Source: Candidatus Bathyarchaeota archaeon
GTDB lineage: Archaea; Thermoproteota; Bathyarchaeia; Bathyarchaeales; Bathycorpusculaceae
Assembly (NCBI GenBank): GCA_963811105.1
Contig: CAWEPZ010000009.1
Coordinates: 32,001 to 96,000 of the forward strand
Length of the DNA stretch: 64,000 bases
Direction: 5' to 3'
Below, in pieces: positions 58,830-64,000 of the stretch (its first letter is position 1; every line of letters begins with the position of its first letter). The notes below the pieces were generated by a model. It saw only the letters and a program-made list of their open reading frames with translations. It had not been told where the DNA came from and did no database searches. The position numbers and the translations under genes were made by a program.

Positions 58830-61757
58830 ATGTCGATTTTTCGCGGAACAAAACCTGACATAGACTCGTTAAAAAATACACAAAATATAGTTGGCTTAGC
58901 TAATATTCTAAATAATGATAATGATTTTAAAAAAAGAATAAAAGCAGTTCAGGCTCTTGGCGAAATTGCCAAATCGAGAATTGACAAGAATAAGGCTCAA
59001 GGGATAATAGTCATCTTATCTGGTGCTTTAAGAGCCAACCAAGACAACAATTTGCGATTGGCAATTACCAATATTCTGCAAGAAATTCAATCGGATGATT
59101 CCATTAGAACAGATAATATTACAACTACATCAAAAAATGCGCTTGATCAAGTTGATAGCGGCGTACTTTGGAATTATCTGGCTGCAATGCAGGAAACTAA
59201 CAAAAGCAGCGTTCCTAATTTATCGTCAGAAAATGCTCTCATTACAAGCAATGCAAAAGAAGTCGAAGACATCCTCGCTATATCCCAAAGTTCACCTATT
59301 GTTAACATGACAGATCAAGCTAAGAAGGAGTGGGCGAGACGCAATCACGTAGCCAGTCTTGTTAGAGGTATCTTCATTGCCTCCAAAATAAACTGGGCCG
59401 AGGTTGCTGACAGATTAGGGCAAAAGGGTTATCATCTTACGATGAGAGAACCAATATCTAAAGTTGTTAAAAACCTTAGTCTTCAACAAACTTTTCCTCA
59501 AAAAAAATTCACAAAGAAAATATTTGAAATTCCTGAAAAAAAGAATAGAGGCGCAAATTGTCAGGTTATAATCAATCTCAAGCCCTACTCAATGTGTAGG
59601 GACGAAATTGATCCCTACTTAAAAGAGACATCAAATAATAGAAAAGTGGCAATCACTAAATTCATTCCGTTGCTTGAATGGATGAAAGATCCAAGCAACA
59701 AAGCGAATACTTTCTATGACCTTGTAGAATTTACAATTATCTGCGCCTTTAATGCTGAAGAAGTTTACGAATCCACGAATGTACAAGAAACTGGAAAAAA
59801 TGCAGGAAAAAAAGGTCTAACTCTGGATGATTCCCGCTTATTTGCTGTGGACCTGTCTGAGGTTATTTCTGAAAAAAGTATCTACCCAGAATTGATTAGT
59901 GCTTTTGAGGGAATGGGTGTCAGCCCGATTATACAATTTATCTCAAGAAAATGGCAGATGAAACTTTCTCCTCGAATTAATATGGGAAAACGGGAAATTA
60001 GAATTGGGGACGAAATTCAAGTAGAATTAAAAGTAACGAACTTGAATTTAGATGCCACTTTGAAACTAAACAGGGATTTCGATATTGAAGTGAGTTCAGA
60101 TTACTTCACTGCAGAGGTACAAAAGACTGACGAGCTTTTTTCGTATGATCAATCCGTACCTCTTTCAGTTAAGCTTCTTCCAAAAATTTCAGAAATGGTT
60201 AAGAAGGAAACCAAATCTTATCCGGTGATCTTTCGTTTGGTTGATCACATAAACAAAGTCTTCATATCAGAAGAGACATCCTATTTGGCTTTGAGCCCTC
60301 CGGATATTCAAATTGAAGGCGAAAGATCATTTTTGCCTCATAAGGGTTCACATATTAATGTCTCTCTCACCGTCCGTCTTCTTTCAAAACTTCCTCAATC
60401 TGATAGAATCCCAGTCAAAATCCGATGTAATGCTGCCCCAGATTTCAAACTTTTGAATTCAACAAAAGAGGAATTTGATGAAAAGATAGTTGGAATTGTT
60501 CAAGGTACTAATCATGCAGAATTTATTCTAGTTGCAAACCGAGCAGGTTTTCCAGGATATAAAGACACCGCTAGCTTCCAATTCTTTATTGGCGAGTGGG
60601 CAACACCATTCGCAAGTTATGATATGGAAATGACAGTACTTCCGAACATGTTAGATACCTCCATTGCAGGCCTTACCGCTTCTTTTGTCATATTCTCTCA
60701 ATTCTTTCCTGGACTTATTCCCTCATTAACCTCTGAACCTAACCTCGCTACCCTCAGCTCCACTGGGGCTGTTATATACTTAGGTTTTCGAGCCATTTCT
60801 TGGAGCTTAACTACTTATAAAACAAAACCTAAGGAGTCGTCGCTCAATAAAGAAAACCGAATGCCTAAATATTGGCTACCACTCGAAATTAATTTATTTT
60901 TTTCCTTCTTCTATACAGCTTTGGCGACAGACAATTTGGCGAACTATTACGTTGATTGGCAATCAAAAAATCCCGGGGCGGGTGGACACCTTAGCATTAA
61001 TTGCCCGAAAGTGCTAGAGCAAGACCAAACATATCAGGTTAAGCTAACTCTAAGCATGGAATGGATGGATTGGGGCGACAGTGCTGAGTTTGGAACGATT
61101 CAATGGCTCATCAACAATGGAAGTGATGGATACCAGCTTCTTGGATATTCTGTTTTAAATTCAAGCCTCAAATTACATGAAAGTATGAATGTGATTTCTC
61201 ATTGGTCGTTGACCAAGCAACAGGTCAATGCAACTGGAAAGCTTTTGATGAATACAACAATTGTGATTTATAATTCCTTACAGCCTTCAGATAACCGCTC
61301 TTCGGCTATAATGCAAGCTTTTCCGACTGTTGAGATTTCATTGAAAGAAAAGAGCAATTTAACTATATCATCAAGGTCTGAGAGTCTTTTGGTGGGAGAT
61401 CCCATAACCATTGATGGTTATCTTTTTCCTGCAGAACCCGGAGCTTTGATTAATATTACCTATACTAAACCCAATGGAAACACGTTTGCAAGATCGACGG
61501 CAACAACCGCCGAAGGTAATTTTAGCGATAAGTTAATAGCTGATACTGAAGGCACTTGGCTAATTCAAGCAAGTTGGAAAGGGACTGAATATGTTTCTGC
61601 CGATCCAAGCAATGTGCTAATACTAATGGCCAAAAATCAGATTCCATTGCTGCCATTTGCAGCAGTAGGCATCGTTTTGGCAGTGGTATTCTTACCATTT
61701 TTGATTCAGAGAAAGCGGAAATTCGAGAAGTTCAAAGTTGCTAAATTAGAGAAGTAG
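58830..61757 (+). CDS. Large multidomain membrane protein (HEAT-like N-terminus, Ig-like domains, internal and C-terminal TM helices)
   Basis: RIKAVQALGEI HEAT motif; TM pair near aa 605-660; C-terminal YTKPNG...GTWLIQASWKG Ig domain plus TM and basic tail. Confidence 0.7.
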   Translation: MSIFRGTKPDIDSLKNTQNIVGLANILNNDNDFKKRIKAVQALGEIAKSRIDKNKAQGIIVILSGALRANQDNNLRLAITNILQEIQSDDSIRTDNITTTSKNALDQVDSGVLWNYLAAMQETNKSSVPNLSSENALITSNAKEVEDILAISQSSPIVNMTDQAKKEWARRNHVASLVRGIFIASKINWAEVADRLGQKGYHLTMREPISKVVKNLSLQQTFPQKKFTKKIFEIPEKKNRGANCQVIINLKPYSMCRDEIDPYLKETSNNRKVAITKFIPLLEWMKDPSNKANTFYDLVEFTIICAFNAEEVYESTNVQETGKNAGKKGLTLDDSRLFAVDLSEVISEKSIYPELISAFEGMGVSPIIQFISRKWQMKLSPRINMGKREIRIGDEIQVELKVTNLNLDATLKLNRDFDIEVSSDYFTAEVQKTDELFSYDQSVPLSVKLLPKISEMVKKETKSYPVIFRLVDHINKVFISEETSYLALSPPDIQIEGERSFLPHKGSHINVSLTVRLLSKLPQSDRIPVKIRCNAAPDFKLLNSTKEEFDEKIVGIVQGTNHAEFILVANRAGFPGYKDTASFQFFIGEWATPFASYDMEMTVLPNMLDTSIAGLTASFVIFSQFFPGLIPSLTSEPNLATLSSTGAVIYLGFRAISWSLTTYKTKPKESSLNKENRMPKYWLPLEINLFFSFFYTALATDNLANYYVDWQSKNPGAGGHLSINCPKVLEQDQTYQVKLTLSMEWMDWGDSAEFGTIQWLINNGSDGYQLLGYSVLNSSLKLHESMNVISHWSLTKQQVNATGKLLMNTTIVIYNSLQPSDNRSSAIMQAFPTVEISLKEKSNLTISSRSESLLVGDPITIDGYLFPAEPGALINITYTKPNGNTFARSTATTAEGNFSDKLIADTEGTWLIQASWKGTEYVSADPSNVLILMAKNQIPLLPFAAVGIVLAVVFLPFLIQRKRKFEKFKVAKLEK

Positions 61758-62188
61758 CCTGTGTATTTTGCAATTATTACAACTCCTCCTTGATTGAAAA
61801 TTAGATTTTTTAAATTTCTTTCACAAAAAACATTATCAAGGCAGATAGTTCCGAGGTTAGTGCTTCGTCATTTGCTTCTTTAACAAACTTATCTGGACTA
61901 ACACGGTTGAAATGGAAAGCCACCTGCGCTCTAATTGTAGGCTGATAAAGCTTACCTTGAGACCCTGATAGGGTACCTCTGTTGCCTACGGTTTCTTAGT
62001 TTTCAGTTCAGAATAAACTTAAGAAAAATATTTCTTCAATAAGGAAAAATTCCAACCTAAATAAACACAGCAGTTAAATAAGATGCCACTCAAAATAATA
62101 AGTTAAAGGAATTATATTATAATTTACTAAATATTTTCAATTGAATTCACCTAAAAGCAGCTAAACAAACCAAAGGATAATTACGCAC

Positions 62189-64000
62189 ATGGAATCAGCA
62201 AATAATCAGGAAAATGGATCTCCGAAACTTCCGCCAAGAATTGGCAGATTATTAGAACTTGCCAACAACTTGTGGTGGAGCTGGCATGAAGAAGGACGAC
62301 AGGTTTTCCGTTCTTTAGATTATGGTCTATGGCGAATCAGCGGACATAACCCAGTCAAGCAGCTACGTAGCATTAGTACAGAAAAGCTAGAGGCAGCAGC
62401 AAGAGACCCCGTTTTCCTAGAATTTTATGACATTGTAATGTCAAAATTTGATGCAGAAATGTCAAGAGGCACCGATTGGTGTGGCCAAACAAGCCCCGGC
62501 AAACCAAATGGGCAAATAGCCTATTTCTCAGCAGAATATGCAATCCACAATTCATTACCAATATATGCAGGGGGCTTAGGCGTATTGGCAGGAGACATAT
62601 GCAAAGAATGTTCGGATCGTGGGCTACCATTTGTTGCAGTCGGATTTATGTATCCTCAAGGCTATTTCCGCCAGCGCATTTCTCCCGAAGGCGACCAACA
62701 AGAAGATTACATACAACTAAACTTCGACGACGCACCTATTTCACCTTGCGCTTGGCCTTACGGATGTGGGCCTCTAATTCCGATTCAACTTGCAGACCGC
62801 CAAATCTACGTCAAAGTATGGCAGGTACATGTTGGTCGCGTTAACCTGTATCTAATGGATACTAATGTCGATGAAAATCGTCCTGAAGATAGAACATTGT
62901 CAGCACGCCTATATACAGCTGATCAAGAAGAACGACTGCGACAATTAATAGTTCTTGGCGTCGGTGGAGTACGAGCGTTACGCGAGCTTCACATTGAACC
63001 AGTTGTATGGCATGCAAACGAAGACCACACAGCTTTTATGATACTTGAACGTCTCCGATTGGAACGAGCTAAGGGAGCATCATTTGAAGATGCAATTGAA
63101 AATGTGCGCCGATGCACCGTTTTCACTACCCATACCCCGGTCGCAGCTGGTCATCATGTTTTCAGTTTTCAATTAATGGACCACTACTCTCGCAACCTTT
63201 GGGAACCTCTAGGAATAGACCGCGAAACCTTCTTGAAACTAGGGCAATATCAAGGCTCCAGTCCCGAAAAATTCAACCTCACAGCTTTCGCCTTTCGTTT
63301 AGGGGGTCAATACAACGCAGTATCTAAACTCCACGGCAAAATAACTAGAAAAATGTGGCAAGTCCTTTGGCCAGATAAGCCGGAAGAACAAATACCGATT
63401 TTATCTATTACAAATGGCGTTCACCTGCCCAGTTGGCAAGCACCGGAGATTAGTGCGCTCTGCGAAAAAAATCTTGGTTCAGAGCGGCTGCAAAGGCAAG
63501 ATGAAGAAGTATTCTGGAAATGCTTCGATGGAATATCTGATGAAGAATTGTGGCAAATGCGTCAAACATTAAAAACACGATTAATAAACACTATTCAAGA
63601 CCGAGCACAACAACGCTGGACACAAAGCGGCGCCACCACTCAACAAGTGATTGCCATGGGTTCATTGTTGGATCCATATGCATTAACAATTGCTTTTGCT
63701 CGTCGATTCACCGAGTACAAACGACCCTACCTCCTTTTATCGGACATTGATCGATTAAAACGTATAATCACGGATCCAGTTAAGCCAATGCAAATAATCT
63801 TTGCAGGCAAATCCCATCCAGCTGATTACCAATCAAAGCAACTTCTTAAACGGGTATACCAAGCAGCTCTGGATAGAGGATTTCAAGGACGCATTGCCTT
63901 TGTCGAAGACTACGACCTCAATTTGTCACGAGATCTTGTCCGGGGGGTAGATGTATGGCTTAATACTCCCAAACGTCTACAAGAAGCATGTGGAACAAGC
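62189..64000 (+). CDS. glgP: Alpha-glucan (glycogen/starch) phosphorylase, partial; runs off window end
   Basis: Hand translation: LANNLWWSW, HNPV, AYFSAEY, YAGGLGVLAGD, FTTHTPVAAGH, ITNGVH, ARRFTEYKR, FAGKSHPAD, EACGTS. Confidence 0.95.
   Translation, partial: MESANNQENGSPKLPPRIGRLLELANNLWWSWHEEGRQVFRSLDYGLWRISGHNPVKQLRSISTEKLEAAARDPVFLEFYDIVMSKFDAEMSRGTDWCGQTSPGKPNGQIAYFSAEYAIHNSLPIYAGGLGVLAGDICKECSDRGLPFVAVGFMYPQGYFRQRISPEGDQQEDYIQLNFDDAPISPCAWPYGCGPLIPIQLADRQIYVKVWQVHVGRVNLYLMDTNVDENRPEDRTLSARLYTADQEERLRQLIVLGVGGVRALRELHIEPVVWHANEDHTAFMILERLRLERAKGASFEDAIENVRRCTVFTTHTPVAAGHHVFSFQLMDHYSRNLWEPLGIDRETFLKLGQYQGSSPEKFNLTAFAFRLGGQYNAVSKLHGKITRKMWQVLWPDKPEEQIPILSITNGVHLPSWQAPEISALCEKNLGSERLQRQDEEVFWKCFDGISDEELWQMRQTLKTRLINTIQDRAQQRWTQSGATTQQVIAMGSLLDPYALTIAFARRFTEYKRPYLLLSDIDRLKRIITDPVKPMQIIFAGKSHPADYQSKQLLKRVYQAALDRGFQGRIAFVEDYDLNLSRDLVRGVDVWLNTPKRLQEACGTS

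Noticed and set aside
62373-63750. Short ORFs listed in the track in this interval
   Set aside because: Alternative-frame shadows of glgP, which the track missed because it runs off the window end.

Overview
Archaeal chromosomal window, most likely Candidatus Bathyarchaeia. This is inferred from TATA-box promoters, T-rich terminators, tiaS, trmI, TrmB, stand-alone Lrp/AsnC domains and tandem PQQ-like surface proteins. Housekeeping genes present: asnS, satP-acs, grpE-dnaK-dnaJ, alaS, tiaS, pyrG, rubrerythrin, trmI and a partial glgP. Three regions stand out. (1) 1-5591 is an operon joining a double-cubane-type reductase, two Bzd-type ATPase activators, a membrane polyferredoxin and a large surface protein. 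(2) 7394-16956 holds a TrmB regulator divergent from three paralogous beta-propeller surface proteins; their promoters share an exactly spaced upstream motif (tandemly amplified 4x in one promoter) and a conserved 5'-leader stem-loop. (3) About 51080-56335 is a decayed tyrosine-recombinase element. It has two copies of a hairpin with an identical 22-bp core, one before the integrase pseudogene and one before a miniature internally deleted copy of that integrase. Between them lie a HEPN gene and a cargo gene split by an intact IS. No rRNA, tRNA or CRISPR array was seen. All family assignments come from motif recognition by eye; no searches were run.
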